Shown: positions 38,438-51,801 of the stretch, piece after piece
Numbering within the stretch: position 1 is the stretch's first letter
Layout: each line of letters opens with the position of its first letter
NCBI GenBank assembly: GCA_021613535.1
Contig: CP075492.1
Span: 18,972,001-19,036,000 of the forward strand
Direction: 5' to 3'
Source of the DNA: Adineta vaga
Taxonomy: Eukaryota; Animalia; Rotifera
Length of the DNA: 64,000 nucleotides
Translations under genes and position numbers: made by a program
Notes under the pieces: generated by a model
Seen by the model: the letters and a program-made list of their open reading frames with translations, nothing else
Database searches by the model: none
What the model was told of the DNA's origin: nothing

Positions 38438-41400
38438 GGGGGGGTCGCGACCCCCCAAGTACTCCTTTTTATGTATTCATTAGATAGACTATATTTTTTT
38501 ACGTATACTGTAAAATTTTTACGTCCGTCGGTTTAAATTTGACGGAGTTTTGTAATATGAGAAAACTTAGATTTTGGTCAAAAATTGATCTTCAGATTGG
38601 GTCCATGTTTTGCAAAATGTCAGTATAGAACAAAAGATAAATATAACTTCTCTTATATCAAAAGATAGAGAAAAAAATTCTCTATCGATTGCATATAGGC
38701 TTAAAATTATAACGAAAATTTTTTATAACAGATATGGTTAAAATACTGTATAAATTTATCATATTTTTCATGCTCCAAGCACTTTCAGTCGTGTTTTTAT
38801 GATTTTCTTTCGTTGAAATTTTTTTTAATTATTAACTGTTCGATAGAGAATTTCAAGCGCTACAATTTTTCTATTGACCATTTTCTTTGATTATTTTTCT
38901 TTAAAATAATAGAAATCAATTTTCGACTATCGATCAAGACATATATCTTGAAAAATCAAAAAAATTGAATAATTTAAATAAAAATAGGAAACATCCATAG
39001 AATTTCACTTTATTTTATTGCAATAGTAATCATTTATGTTATACACTAATACTTCGATCGAACAGCAAAGAAAAGTGTCTTTTATGAACTACTTTATCTT
39101 CCTCTAGTTTATAACAAACAATAGTATTAATTTTAAAATTATGAAAAAATGAGTCAGCATTGAGAAATTTCATTTATTCTTTTATTTTTTATATACAAAG
39201 TTCAACGTTTGTTTGACAATATAAAAAGAAATCAATTCTTTAGAACATACCGGCTCCATAATCCATTTCTTCATCTTCAGCCAACTGTGACTGAAGTCGT
39301 TGCTGTTGTTTTTGTTTTGTAATAGTGCCCTTTTGTTGTATATTGCTTTCCGCTTTTTCAACACGTTTATTATCCTTTCCCAAAAGAGTCGTAAATAATT
39401 CTTCTGTAACAGATATGCCAACTTGATTAAAAAACTTGAGCAATCCGGAACGACCATGATTGAAAAAAATAGATGCAATTGCTGCAGTTCCTCGTACAGA
39501 TCGATATCCATGATATTTTGCTTTAGGTAAAATTGACCATAAAACAGAATTAATAGATTCATTAGCATTTTGAGTAGAACCACGTAGACATCGTCGTAAT
39601 AATAATGGATCAGTCAATTTGTTAATCATAGGAGTTAATATATCCAAAAATACCTATGAAACATGATGAAGATTTCAAAATATATAAAAACGAAATCACT
39701 TAGTCTAACTGTATCGAGTCGTTTTGGATCTTTGATTGGATCAGTTCTTTTTGCTAAAGGAAGATATTTATCTCTCTGATAAGTACACCAGGAGTCTGGC
39801 CCAGGAGGACAGAAATAATGTTGAAGTTCTCGATCAGGTTGTTTTATATTATGGATAAATGATGCACGACAATTTCTTTCCATAAGGTTTACTGCATCAT
39901 TTTCATTCATATCTAGAAGATAATCTGAACTGAGAACTATACAAAAATAATGTTTATACCTTTAATTAATTGACTAGTTTGTCGAATTGCCAGACCATAA
40001 TAATCCGACAGTTTCTGTTCCATATTATTGGTCATTCGACCAACGCTTCCACCATATGGTTTTCCATCAGCTAGACGTCTTCGAGTACGTCTTTTATTAT
40101 TAGTTGATAATGAAGGATGTTTTTGTTGATTTGATGCAGTTGATTGTTGCTCTTGTATTTCTTCATAGCCGGTATGTCGATTTTTCAGTGTCTTAAGATA
40201 ACTAGAAACTCGTTTTTTCACGTGGTTTATACAATCTTCTTTGGTGACGATAAGACTCTTGTATTCATCTGATGAGAAAAATGAAAAAGAAATATTATTG
40301 TTATAATGTTTATTTTCATTTAAAAAAACTATAGTTATACCATTTTGAGGAGATACTGAACGTGAAGGATCATTGAGTAGTATATTAGCATAGATATGCT
40401 TAACAGATTCATAAGCATTTGAATCTCCATCACTAATCATGTTCATGTATCGTACACCTAAATATCAATAATATAATGAACGTAAAATAGCCAATATTTT
40501 ACCTCTTTCAAGTGATCTTTCAAAAATGTTTTTTGCACCTTCTTTTTCCATACCACCTGCACTACCATCCCACGTTTTGGAACATCTTGATTGGTGATTT
40601 TTGTACTAGAAAAAGTGGATTGATATTGACGTTCGACAAATATTGTTGGTCTTACCCATTTTTTAAATTCAGAAGGTGGTGCTGTACGTTGTTTAGCTTC
40701 ACAAGCTTCACATCGTGTACTTAGAGTTTCGAAATCCAAACAAAACCCGGAATCTGCATCGATTAAAAAAACAACACCATACATTGAATTGTGACCACGT
40801 TTTTTCCATGTACCATCAAGAGAAATCGTAAGATTCAAAATATTTTTCGAATCACATTTAACGTCATTACGAATCTCATCGATCAGTGTCAGGAAATCTT
40901 CATGAGCAAAAGCATATAATTGATCATATCTAAATTAAACTGTATAATACAGAGTAAAAACAATAGACTACTTACAAATTATGGACTTGTTTATAGAAAT
41001 TTGAACGATGTGGTACATTAACACCTAACATTGATAGTACAAATTGAGTAGCATCATAACCGATTCCACTTATTGCACTTGCTGCATATAACCGTTGATT
41101 AGGTTCTTGTATTTGATGCAGAGATTGAGGTGGAAAATTAGTAAAGTCGGTTATTTTGTTACAAATGGAACATTTCAATCCATTTTGGTGAAATAATCCA
41201 AAGTTCTTTCCATCATCAATAATTAGCTCAAGTCGAGCACCAGGACAGATATGAGCTGTATCAATGCATTGTTTCATATGATTGATATCGAAAATTTGAC
41301 TGGATCGTTCGACAGTTTCATGATCCTTAGCACTATAAAAGATCGACATGTGAATATTATTTTTACTAGAAAAAGAATATCTTACCTTTCAATAGATGGT

Positions 41401-42480
41401 CGTATCTTGGCCAAGCTACGTGAAGTAAAATTTCCATTAGAAGTTATTTTCATATTGACGTTGATTGATGCGTCTGCCTCATCAGTGAAGGTCATTGACA
41501 TTCTTTCATTAAAATTTGTTGAGATAGATGATGATCGAAGAACTCGATCAGACATTCGAATAGGTGAAGCTTTATCAAGATATTCATCATCAAAACTTTC
41601 ATCCGAAGACATTGTTTTTTTCAAGAGCAATTATCAAAGTAAAATAACAATTATTTATAACGGTCCACCTAATTATATTTTCGTCTTTGTATTAAATTCG
41701 ATTTATTATTCTATTAACAATAATTATCGTTTGATTTCTTTTATCAAATTGAAATATAAGTTTATTTCAATTTTATTATATTTATATGAGAATTAGGAAT
41801 TTCAACGGTAGGACATGACAGATGTCAGCAGTTATTATTCTTTTTTTTCTTTCTCTTTCTGTGTACGATTAGTTCAATACGTATTCAAGATAATTGCAAT
41901 AAAATAAAGTGAAATTCTATGGATGTTTCCTATTTTTATTTAAATTATTCAATTTTTTTGATTTTTCAAGATATATGTCTTGATCGATAGTCGAAAATTG
42001 ATTTCTATTATTTTAAAGAAAAATAATCAAAGAAAATGGTCAATAGAAAAATTGTAGCGCTTGAAATTCTCTATCGAACAGTTAATAATTAAAAAAAATT
42101 TCAACGAAAGAAAATCATAAAAACACGACTGAAAGTGCTTGGAGCATGAAAAATATGATAAATTTATACAGTATTTTAACCATATCTGTTATAAAAAATT
42201 TTCGTTATAATTTTAAGCCTATATGCAATCGATAGAGAATTTTTTTCTCTATCTTTTGATATAAGAGAAGTTATATTTATCTTTTGTTCTATACTGACAT
42301 TTTGCAAAACATGGACCCAATCTGAAGATCAATTTTTGACCAAAATCTAAGTTTTCTCATATTACAAAACTCCGTCAAATTTAAACCGACGGACGTAAAA
42401 ATTTTACAGTATACGTAAAAAAATATAGTCTATCTAATGAATACATAAAAAGGAGCACTTGGGGGGTCGCGACCCCCCCC
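38438..42480 (-). mobile_element. Kolobok-like DNA transposon, 4,043 bp, TTAA TSD, ~588-bp TIRs
   Basis: TTAA at 38434-38437 and 42481-42484. GG...CC termini. 38438-39024 is a near-perfect reverse complement of 41893-42480. Confidence 0.92.
39240..41612 (-). CDS. Kolobok-type DDE transposase, ~8 exons
   Basis: ISLDGTWKKRGHNSMYGV, CEAC, MISDGDS, KEDCINHVKKRV, YYGLAIRQ, HYFCPPGPDSWC, RCLRGSTQNANESINSVLWSILPK. Confidence 0.88.
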
Positions 42481-43541
42481 TTAATAAGGCTGATGAACTT
42501 TATAATGTATTAATTGAACAAGCATCTAATGTATATGAGAAAGTACTTTATTCTAATCAACTTGGATTAGTACATTTAGATCAAGGTGATTATGAAAAAG
42601 CTCTTTTTTATTTCGAACAAGGACTTAAAATTCGACAAGAAAATCTTCCTTCAAATCATCTTCATTTAGCTATTTCATACAATAATGTTGGTTTAGTCTA
42701 TGATAAGATGGAAGAGTATGAGAAAGCACTTTCCTATTATGAAAAAGATCTTGAAATCTCTGAGAAAAGTCTTCCTTCAAATCATCCTAATTTGGCTACT
42801 TCATACAATAATATTGGTTTAGTGTACGACAATATGGAAGAATATGAGAAAGCACTTTCTTTTTACGAAAAATCACTTCGAATTCGTGAAGAAATTCTTC
42901 CTTCAAATCATCCTGATTTGGGTAATTCATATAACAACATTGGTTTGGTATATAAAAAGATGGGAGAATACTCTAAAGCACTTTCATATTATGAAAAAGA
43001 TCTTGAAATCGCTCAGAAAAGTCTTTCTTCAAATCATCCTTCATTGGCTATTTCATACAATAACATGGGTTGGGTTTATAGAGATATGAAAGATTATTCG
43101 AATGCACTTCCATGTTTTGAACACGCTCTGAATATATGGCAACGTTTATTACCTCCAACTCATCGTAGCATTAAAAAAGTGAAAGAGAGTATTGAATTTT
43201 TAAAGCAGCAATTATAAAGAATATTTAATAAATAAATAAAAAGATATTTTGTTCATACTCTCAAGATGTTCTTTTTCTCGTTCACTTTGCAACTTGAAAG
43301 TTAATGACAAATCTATCAAGATTCATTTATTTATTTTTTGAGAATAAAGAAATCCAAGATTCAGATAACTTTCAATCATTAATTTGATTTTGAATGTGAC
43401 AAATATTCAAAGTTACGATAAATATCTCAAATTTATATTTTATCAATTTCCTTTCTATATCCAATCAATATATGATCGCAATCATATTTTATCTAAGAAG
43501 GGTCTGATGGGCCTATCGAGATCTGGAGACATTCGTCAAAA

Positions 43542-43603
43542 TTGAGGGTGTGAGTGTGGGATGTGGTTGAATAATAATACCCTCATCCACACCCACCCTC
43601 AAG
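43542..43603. repeat. TGTGGG hairpin element
   Basis: TTGAGGGTGTGAGTGTGGGATG-spacer-CATCCACACCCACCCTCAA. Confidence 0.8.
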
Positions 43604-44536
43604 AACCGAATCGAACTTCATCTAATATCTGAAAAGATGAATCGAGCCAAGTAAAAGGTAGAATTAAAAATGATCGATAGGACTATGATCGATTTTGTAA
43701 AAATGTGATGCTATCAGGAAGAGATAAGAAGATTAGTCATCGAATGATGCAGCTGTTTTTTTCTCTCTTCGTGATAAGGATGCTGAATTTATTTTTGATA
43801 ATCGATCGCGTAAAAGTAATAAATATTTTGTCTTTTTTTCTAATTATCAACACTGTCCTATACTGCAACGAATATATGTCCGAAAGAAATGTGTTGAGAT
43901 ATTATCTACTAGTCTAATTAATGACAGTATATAACTGTACAAGCATTGTATCCGTTGTCGTTTGCTCTTCACTTCTATTTTGTACGTATCCGATCTTAAT
44001 GTTCTTAACAGGTAACTGATTCCACTAATTTTTCAATTTTTCATTAGTTAATCCAGTTCTGTTTATCACCGATTATCAGTGTTTCTTCTGATTTCAATTA
44101 CATTTCGAATCGTTGGCATTCGGTTCGTTTGTAGTCTCTGAACCGTATTTTGAGTCAGTGTGAAGCAACGTTACATTCCTATTTTACCTTATCTTTCTGA
44201 TTTCGACGTTTTCCGGGTTTGAACGTTGATTTGCGCACTCAGTTGATCGATGATGTACATGTACCTACACGCCCACACCCTAGATAGTAATGTTCGTGAT
44301 CAACAGCTCACACTCCATCAGATGATGTAAAAAAACGACAAAAAATTTCATTTGAAATTCGTTTGGTCCGACCTTACCGTGGGCTCAGTTTACTTTAACA
44401 GCTGTTCTATGCCATCTGAGTTGCTAAATACCTTAAGATCTGTTGTTCAGTATCAGTAGTATGTATCGACCAATAGAATAAAAAATATGTCGCTTATGTT
44501 CCAGACACAACTTTAGACCATTCTTTGTTCTAAACA

Positions 44537-46946
44537 ATGGCGATCACAAGTTGTCGGAATCTTCGCCCCAATGAGGCCGAAGAGAACAAAGAAGATTTTA
44601 CTCTCGTTTGGCTCGATGAAAATATCGATGACTCATCAGATTCTCTACAGACAGATGCGAATGCGAAATGTGAACAATTACTGCCAATTCTATACGAACT
44701 CAGAACTCTGTCTCAAGTTTATGCGTACAGTTCAAAATGAGAAGATATTCCTCGTTGTTTCTGAGATCCTGGCACGTAGTGCATTACCCCAAATCCAATC
44801 ATTACGATCGATCGCTTCGGTCTTCATCTTCTGCACCAACTGTCATGACTATCTCTCTCTACTTAATCAATATCCCAAATTCGTCCAGATCTTCACAGAC
44901 GAAAATTCGCTCATCAAATCAATTCGAAAAAGGATATATTTCGCCTCGAAACAAACACTCTCGTTCAGTCTCTTTGATCAGAAACAAAGATCTACCAAAG
45001 ATTTATCGAAAGATTCAGCATCCTTTCTCTGGAATCAGCTATTAATCAATGTTCTAAGGCACATGCCTCAGAATGATCACGCTAAGCAGCAAATGCTGGA
45101 TACATGTTCAAATTACTATGGAGCAAATGAACGAGTATTGGAAAAAATTCAAGAATTTCGATCGACATACATGCCGGCCGATGCGATTTCCTGGTATACG
45201 GCTGATAGCTTTGTGTACAGATTATTGAACAAGGCCTTCCGGACAGAGGATATGGAACTGGTGCACATATTCCGCTTTTTTATTGTTGATATCTGTATGC
45301 AACTCGAGCGGGGTCATCAGGCGCTGAGAGACAGTGGGGAACGACATTTGACATTGTTTCGAGGACAGCAGGTTTCCGACGAAGAATTTGACAAACTCAA
45401 GCAGAGTGTCGGCATTCTCATTTCGACCAACGGATTCTGGTCCACAACACGCGATTTGAACGTAGCACTGAGTTTTGTCTCACAAGGCTTACAGACGGAT
45501 GGAATGAAGCAAATTTTATTTGAAATCTTGGCTGATCCAAATCTGGAGACTATTGTATTCGCTGATGTTCATCAGGAGAGTCGGATGAGAGGTGAACAGG
45601 AAGTTCTTTTCAGTCTAAGTACGGTTTTCAAAATCGAATGTGTCGAATATGACTCATATCTTACACTATGGAAAATAAAAATGGCGGCCACCGACGACGG
45701 ATCAAGAGATGTTAAAGAGTATCTGCAATCGACAAACAAGGAAATGGAAGACAGTAGTCCAACATTTCTCTTTGGTCGTCTACTCTTAATCGAGATGGGT
45801 CAGGTGGATAAGGCAGAAAAATATTTTCGAATGTTGCTTAAGACGCTACCCGATGATCACGAAGACACAGCAAGTGTTTACAATAGTATTGGGTGGGTTT
45901 TCGACAGAAAAACAGAGTTTAACTTGGCTCTAGAGTATTATAACAAAGGATACGAAATGCGCCTTCGTTTACTAGGGCAAGATCACCCATATATATCGGG
46001 TTCGTTGAGCAATATCGGAAATATTTATAGACACAAAGGTAACTATGACCGTGCAATGGAATATTATCACCAATCTCTGACTATTCATGAGAAAAATTAT
46101 CCAAGTGATCATATAAATAATGCAAGAATATTACGAAACATTGGTTTAGCACATAAAGAAAAGAAAGAATTTCAGAAAGCGCTCGAATATTTTCGAAGAG
46201 CTCTTCAAATGTTTCAGCGGATGCTGCCGAATGAGCATCCTGAGATTGCTCTTTCCCTAGGCTTTATCGGTTTAATCTTCAAGGAGCAACTTAACTACGA
46301 TCAAGCTCTGGAATATTTCCTTCAAGAGTTAGAAATGGATGAGAAAGTTCTAAGCAGCGATCATCAATATCTGAGCGATCATATCGAGTGGGTCGCTGAT
46401 ATATATAAAAGAAAAGGTGAAATCGAGAGGGCACTAGAGTTTTGTCAAGAAAAACTTACAGATCGAGAAAAGAAACTTGGCAAAAACCATCGAGCAGTCG
46501 CTCAGACTCTACATATTATGGGAGTTCTACTTGAGAACAATGATGATGACAGGGCTCTTGAGTATTACACCCAAGCGTTGAGTATTCTTGAAACGGGTGC
46601 CTCTCCAGATCATTTGGTAGCTGCAAAGTGTCTTAGTAAGATCAGTCTTATTTATTGGCGTCATAGTAGGTTTGACGAAGCTCTCAGCTTTCGAATAAGA
46701 GTTCTCAGAATTGAACAGAGAATTCACTCTCCCAGTCATATTAATATCGCTATTTCTTTGAGATGGATTGGACTGATCTACTCTGAAATGGCGAATTACC
46801 CAAAGGCTCTTGAATATCTCAATAATGGATTAAAGATCTACGTTGCCAACTACAACTTTCAACATGAAGACATAAAAGAAACTCAAAATGATATTGCGGA
46901 AGTAAAGAAGAAAATGGAGTCCGTGGTGAATAATCTATGTCAGTAA
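44537..46946 (+). pseudogene. ART + TPR gene, intronless, with an apparent frameshift near 44650
   Basis: The N-terminus EDFTLVWLDENID is in one frame; the rest (WYTADSFVYRLLNKAFR, LFRG, FWSTT, GEQEVLF, ~9 TPRs) is in another. A sequencing error is also possible. Confidence 0.8.
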
Positions 46947-47250
46947 TGATGTTGAAAACAAGTGGAAGAGTGTTTTCGATCTGTCGCTAACCTGATTTGG
47001 CATGCGCAGTTGTATAGAAGATTGCTCATTCCCCAAATACCATGACTATAAAAATGAAGTGTCTTTCTTAATGATCTTGTCTGTTCACTTTTATTATCTC
47101 CATTTCTATTCTTGCATAACATCAGTTTTAATAAACTCTTTAAAGTTCTAATTCCTCTTGTTTACTAGATAATATGACGGCATGGGAGTTAGTTGAACGT
47201 GATAACCACATCCACGCTCACACCAAGGACCACAAGGTTAATCACTCATC

Positions 47251-47315
47251 ATCTTGAGGGTGCGGGCGTGGGGTGGATATTCAATTGTTTTCGCACCCAC
47301 ACCCACCCCACCCAT
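47251..47315. repeat. TGTGGG hairpin element
   Basis: ATCTTGAGGGTGCGGGCGTGGGGTG-spacer-CACCCACACCCACCCCACCC. Confidence 0.8.
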
Positions 47316-47709
47316 TGACATATGCAAACTAGAAATTCTTTTTTTTTAAAGAAGGAAATGTATTGGAAAACTGAGAATTCTTTTCTATTCTTACTAGTTG
47401 AAATGAAAAACTATTGCTACTACTATTCATACTAAATAATAATGTTAATGTTTGTTATATACAAGGCTATTTAAACTTATTCTCATTGTCTGACAATGTT
47501 TAATTTTAAGAACACAACAAAAGCAAATATTGAAAACTCACCCTTTTATTGATTGACTAGAGAAAAAAGTATAATTTTTTGACTTGTCTCTCTAATTCTA
47601 GCCGCAGCACAAACAACTTATTTACGTATATTATAAGGTGAAAAAGCAAAATAATTCACAAGATCGTAGAAATAAAACGCAAAGCAGAGATGATCGTCGC
47701 GATGAGAAA

Positions 47710-47985
47710 ATGGGAAAATTTGAAGATTTAGCAAACGAATTGTTACTTGGATTATTATTTCAATTCTCAGATACTGATAATCTTATTCAAGTATTCTATG
47801 AACTTAATTCTCTTTTTGATCAACTCATTTATGATCATATTCGAGATCATCAGCTTAATTTTCAATCTGTAACCAAAATAGAATTCGATGTTATTTGTCA
47901 GCGATATCTTCCATTTATTTATATATTTAATTCCTATTCTTTGTTATTAAAATTACATTTGAATATAAAACAATTATTTCAATAA
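47710..47985 (+). pseudogene. F-box-like protein 5' fragment
   Basis: MGKFEDLANELLLGLLFQF...FYELNSLFDQLI...LNFQSVTKIEFDVICQRYLP, then homology stops. Confidence 0.6.
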
Positions 47986-48685
47986 AAAAGTTATATATAA
48001 GTGTGCCGATAAGCCGAGGGGGAAACGGCAGATCCCAGTCCCTTGAAGTCGCATGGAATCTTATAAAATTCCTGCCTATCTTCAAGAAACTATTACAGAA
48101 ATTTGGTATCTCTACTTTTTAATTTGTTTCTATCACTTATACTCTCGGATGAAGTATTTATTAGTACTGATTCGGAGACAAGCATCCATCATCTTTCTTT
48201 AATTCGTATTCAGCACATTCATGTATTCCAAAACTTTAAAGTCAGCAAAATGTTGTTTATTTTATAAAAGAATAATCAATTTTTTGAGTGTGGCTGGGAC
48301 TGTTGGCATGAATGTTTTGATAATAATAAAACAATGCGAATAGAGACAGTTCTTTTCTTTGCAAGTTAAGCTTAGGAAAAGATAACGATATTCATCGCTC
48401 TGCGAATAACTAGAGGTGAGAAGTTATTGTTATTGATCTGTTATTAATAATAATAACAAAAAATTCATACCCCTGCCAATGACCTTGTAGTTCTACTTGT
48501 GCATGTGTGTGCACTATCTTTCTCGTCGTTGATATTTCTTTCCTTTTCTGTTAACTATGTATTTTATTATTATTATCATTTCTCTCAGTCTACCATTTTA
48601 CCCTCTCGATTTTTTTAAATACACTTCACTTTCATATACGCTATTCATCTAGTAAGTTTTGAACAGACGACGACAATATTCCTCC

Positions 48686-49775
48686 ATGTTATCTCGACGC
48701 ATTTTACTGCTGGTGTTTGCCATCTTGATTCTCTATTCTGTATCGGAGGGTGGACCTATCAATGATAAGCTCACTGTTCGACTGATGAATGCCGCTCGTG
48801 GGGAAGTTCTTATGCCTGTCGTAGGACTTGGTACAGGAGGATATGGGCAGCCCAATGGTACGGGCGGTGAGTTTTGAGGACCTGAGCAAGGCCATAGTGC
48901 TACAGCTGCATGATTAAAATTGGGCGGTCGACGCGTTGACACTGCCGACAATTATGAGTCACAGGACGGAATAGGTACAGGATGGGTGGCTAGCGGCATA
49001 CCTCGTTCCGAAATATTCATTACGTCCAAAGTGGATACAAATACGTACGCCGTCACCTTGGAAGCGTTTGCTGCTATTCTGAAATCCCTAAAGACTGACT
49101 GCCGTCTTCAAACATGGCGAGCTTTAGAAAAATTATTTAATGAGCAACGTGTAAGAATTTGAACTTGAGCTTAGTAGCAAAAAATCGACTTTTATTTTCA
49201 ATAGTATCAGAAATAATTGTTAGATTATTAGAACAGGACACTTTTTAAAGTTTTTCTTTGTTTTCTTAGTTGTGTTTTGAAGTAAATCATTTATTAGAAA
49301 TCTTTAATTTAAACTCTTCTATTCCCAGTGTCGATCAAATATGTTCACTTTATCAAATATTCTTCTCATTAAAATTTTCTCTGAACAGATTGAATTTCAT
49401 CCTTACTGGCATGAAGACGAACTTCTTGATTTTTGCAAGAAACACAATATTACCGTTAATAGCTTTTCTCCAGGCGGTGCACCTGATCGTGCAGTGTGGC
49501 TTGGTCCCTCTTGGAATCCTATTCCAGATCTGCGTAAACATCTCAATGTTACTCAGATCGCACAGAAACACGATAAAACACCTTCACAAATTATATATCG
49601 ATGGCATTGGCAGCAAGGCATCGTTATCAATCATCGCACTCGCAACTCCACACACATGATGGAGAATCTATCGATATTCGATTTTGAGCTTGATATTCAA
49701 GATATGATGACTTTGTCCTATTTGAACCATCCAATAATGAGTTACGTGTGTGGTGATCCAAGACTCATTTTGTGA
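48686..49775 (+). pseudogene. Aldo-keto reductase pseudogene with signal peptide
   Basis: MPVVGLGTG, GGRRVDTADNY, RSEIFITSKV, QIEFHPYW, KTPSQIIYRW, ENLSIFDFEL. In-frame TGA at 48875 and 48911 plus internal deletions. Confidence 0.88.
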
Positions 49776-50330
49776 AGAAGAAGAAGAAGAAGAAGAAGAG
49801 AGCGAAGAAACATTGTATAGTTTTTGAAGCAATATATCCAATTCGAAAATAAATTCGCTGACTGATTGATCGGAGCACACTTTTTTTCTAATCAAATAAT
49901 CGAGTTTCGATCATACGTTTCAAATTTGTCAACTCAATACTATGTCGTCGAGATGCCTTTCTTAGATCATTGAAAATAAAGAGATGACACCCACACCCAC
50001 ACCTAAGATATATCCACTGCTGACATCACTTAAACTTTTATTCAAACATATTCTTAATACTTTCATAGTATTAAATAGTATAATATAATATAAGTACTAT
50101 ACACACAATAAAATCACTAAGACAACATTTTGAGGCAAAGTTCAAGAATATGTTATTGTCCGGTTTCGTAAAACTGCGTTATCCATTGGTCAGATCACCG
50201 ATTTGATTTCTCTGTCGCCAAAATAATATTCGCACTCGAATTGCTCGACGAAATTTTGGTGATGAAATGAAAAAGACATAACAAGTTCCCTACAATAGAA
50301 ATTCTTTATCAAGGTTTTACAAAATCAATA

Positions 50331-51140
50331 TCATACCGAATAGTAACCATAATCCCACAAGGTAAGTAATGTAACGGCGAAACTCTCACGTATTAGTCGA
50401 GTTGAATCTTTCGTTTGATTTTGTGTAACATAAATATATGAAACAATAATTCCATATGGAATTAAACAAACATTCACCAGAACAACTTGAAATAATGTCA
50501 TTCTTGCTACCTGCCGGTCAGCATGTTCACTGGCAAGAGCTTGGATCGAATGAATATTCCGATAAGTCAAATATCCAAATAAAAGCGTTATTGTAATTGG
50601 AATAACGGTCAATAAACCAAGAAGAAATACCAATTTGTACTTCACAAAGTTGCTATTTGTGATTTCACACTTTTCTGTCGTAGGCAAAATGTCATAAGAT
50701 AAGGCTGCAGGAATTCCTTGAAGATTCGATATAATTATTACAATGATAACGAGACGGTGTGCCCATCGAATATTGCTTAAACTCCGTAGTTTTGCTTGAC
50801 GTGATGTGACTAAAAATTGATCGATCATCGCCATACATGGACATGCTAATACAATCATAGCGAGAGTATAGAGCAAATAGTTTCGTGCCTTACACCAATT
50901 TGTCGATATTTGTATTACATCAATGTTAAAACCTAAAGCAATACGAATAGAAAGATTAATCATAAGGAAAACTATGTTGAAAATAGAAGCAATAAGAAAA
51001 TAAAATGTCGCAGGATTTTTACGATAAGAACGAACAATTGAAAATATGTAAACATTTATAGCATTTCCTAAGACACCAGTGATGAGAAGACAGAAACCAC
51101 CGTAAATTGTAATTTGTTGAGCAATGTAAATCAATGACAT
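50331..51140 (-). CDS. Rhodopsin-like orphan 7TM GPCR
   Basis: GVLGNAINVYIF, WCKARNY, MAMIDQFLVTS and multiple TM helices. The 3' end may be truncated or spliced. Confidence 0.8.
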   Translation of the reverse strand: MSLIYIAQQITIYGGFCLLITGVLGNAINVYIFSIVRSYRKNPATFYFLIASIFNIVFLMINLSIRIALGFNIDVIQISTNWCKARNYLLYTLAMIVLACPCMAMIDQFLVTSRQAKLRSLSNIRWAHRLVIIVIIISNLQGIPAALSYDILPTTEKCEITNSNFVKYKLVFLLGLLTVIPITITLLFGYLTYRNIHSIQALASEHADRQVARMTLFQVVLVNVCLIPYGIIVSYIYVTQNQTKDSTRLIRESFAVTLLTLWDYGYYSV

Positions 51141-51572
51141 ATCTTTAATTTCAGATAAATCTACAAAATGAGAATTGAGGAAAATTCTCAATGAATGTTC
51201 TTTGTCAATTTAAAACTTTAATTACATATTAAAAAGAAAGAAGAAAACTTGGAAAATGTCTAGGTAAAGATTATCATCAAATATTTTACGGCAATTTAAG
51301 AATATGTCATGCATTCGCTGTCAGCAATTACTTCATTGTCAGTTCAGTCACGAATGACATATTTATATGTTTATATTCAGGCATTATCTTTATTAATTCT
51401 TTCAGTACCTAAAGTGAAGAACTATGTTGATCTATTTCAAAAATCACATGACTTCGTTCTTCAACATATTTATGTGAACTCTTCGAATTATTTTTATCGA
51501 ATGAATCACTGCTATTTTTGTACAGAAAAAAACGATATTTTATCAAACTTTTCCTAACTGTGCATACATCGT

Positions 51573-51630
51573 GAGGGTGTGGGTGTGGGTCAATTTATCT
51601 CTTCTTCACCCACTCACAACCACACCTAAA
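51573..51630. repeat. TGTGGG hairpin element
   Basis: GAGGGTGTGGGTGTGGGT-spacer-ACCCACTCACAACCACACCT. Confidence 0.8.
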
Positions 51631-51801
51631 ACTCTTGTAAAATAAAATTAGATATAATTATTCTTCAACTAATCAAATTATATAAAAATATATATTTATC
51701 ATTTTATTAGAAATAATTTTAGGATTAAATATTCATTCATTCAAAAGCAATTAATGAAAAAGCGCAATAATTAAATATTTTATAGAAGTTAAAGTAAAGA
51801 A

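Larger units (their letters stand above)
37153..43217 (+). pseudogene. ART + TPR gene, frameshifted and interrupted by a Kolobok insertion
   Basis: WWYTRECFTYKMLNQALR, FLSTS, GEDEILF. Frameshift near 37350. Excising 38438-42484 restores KIGQF-NKADELY followed by TPR repeats (HPNLATSYNNIGLVY). Confidence 0.9.

Noticed and set aside
38438-42480. piggyBac element
   Set aside because: The TTAA TSD is shared, but the ends are GG..CC rather than CC..GG and the transposase motifs are Kolobok-type.
48875-48913. TGA recoded as Trp (alternative genetic code)
   Set aside because: Neighbouring intact genes use TGG for Trp and TGA as stop, and this gene also has deletions, so nonsense mutations are more parsimonious.
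49774-49800. (GAA)n microsatellite; also poly-C at 36345 and (TA)n at 57323
   Set aside because: Ordinary simple repeats with no supporting structure.
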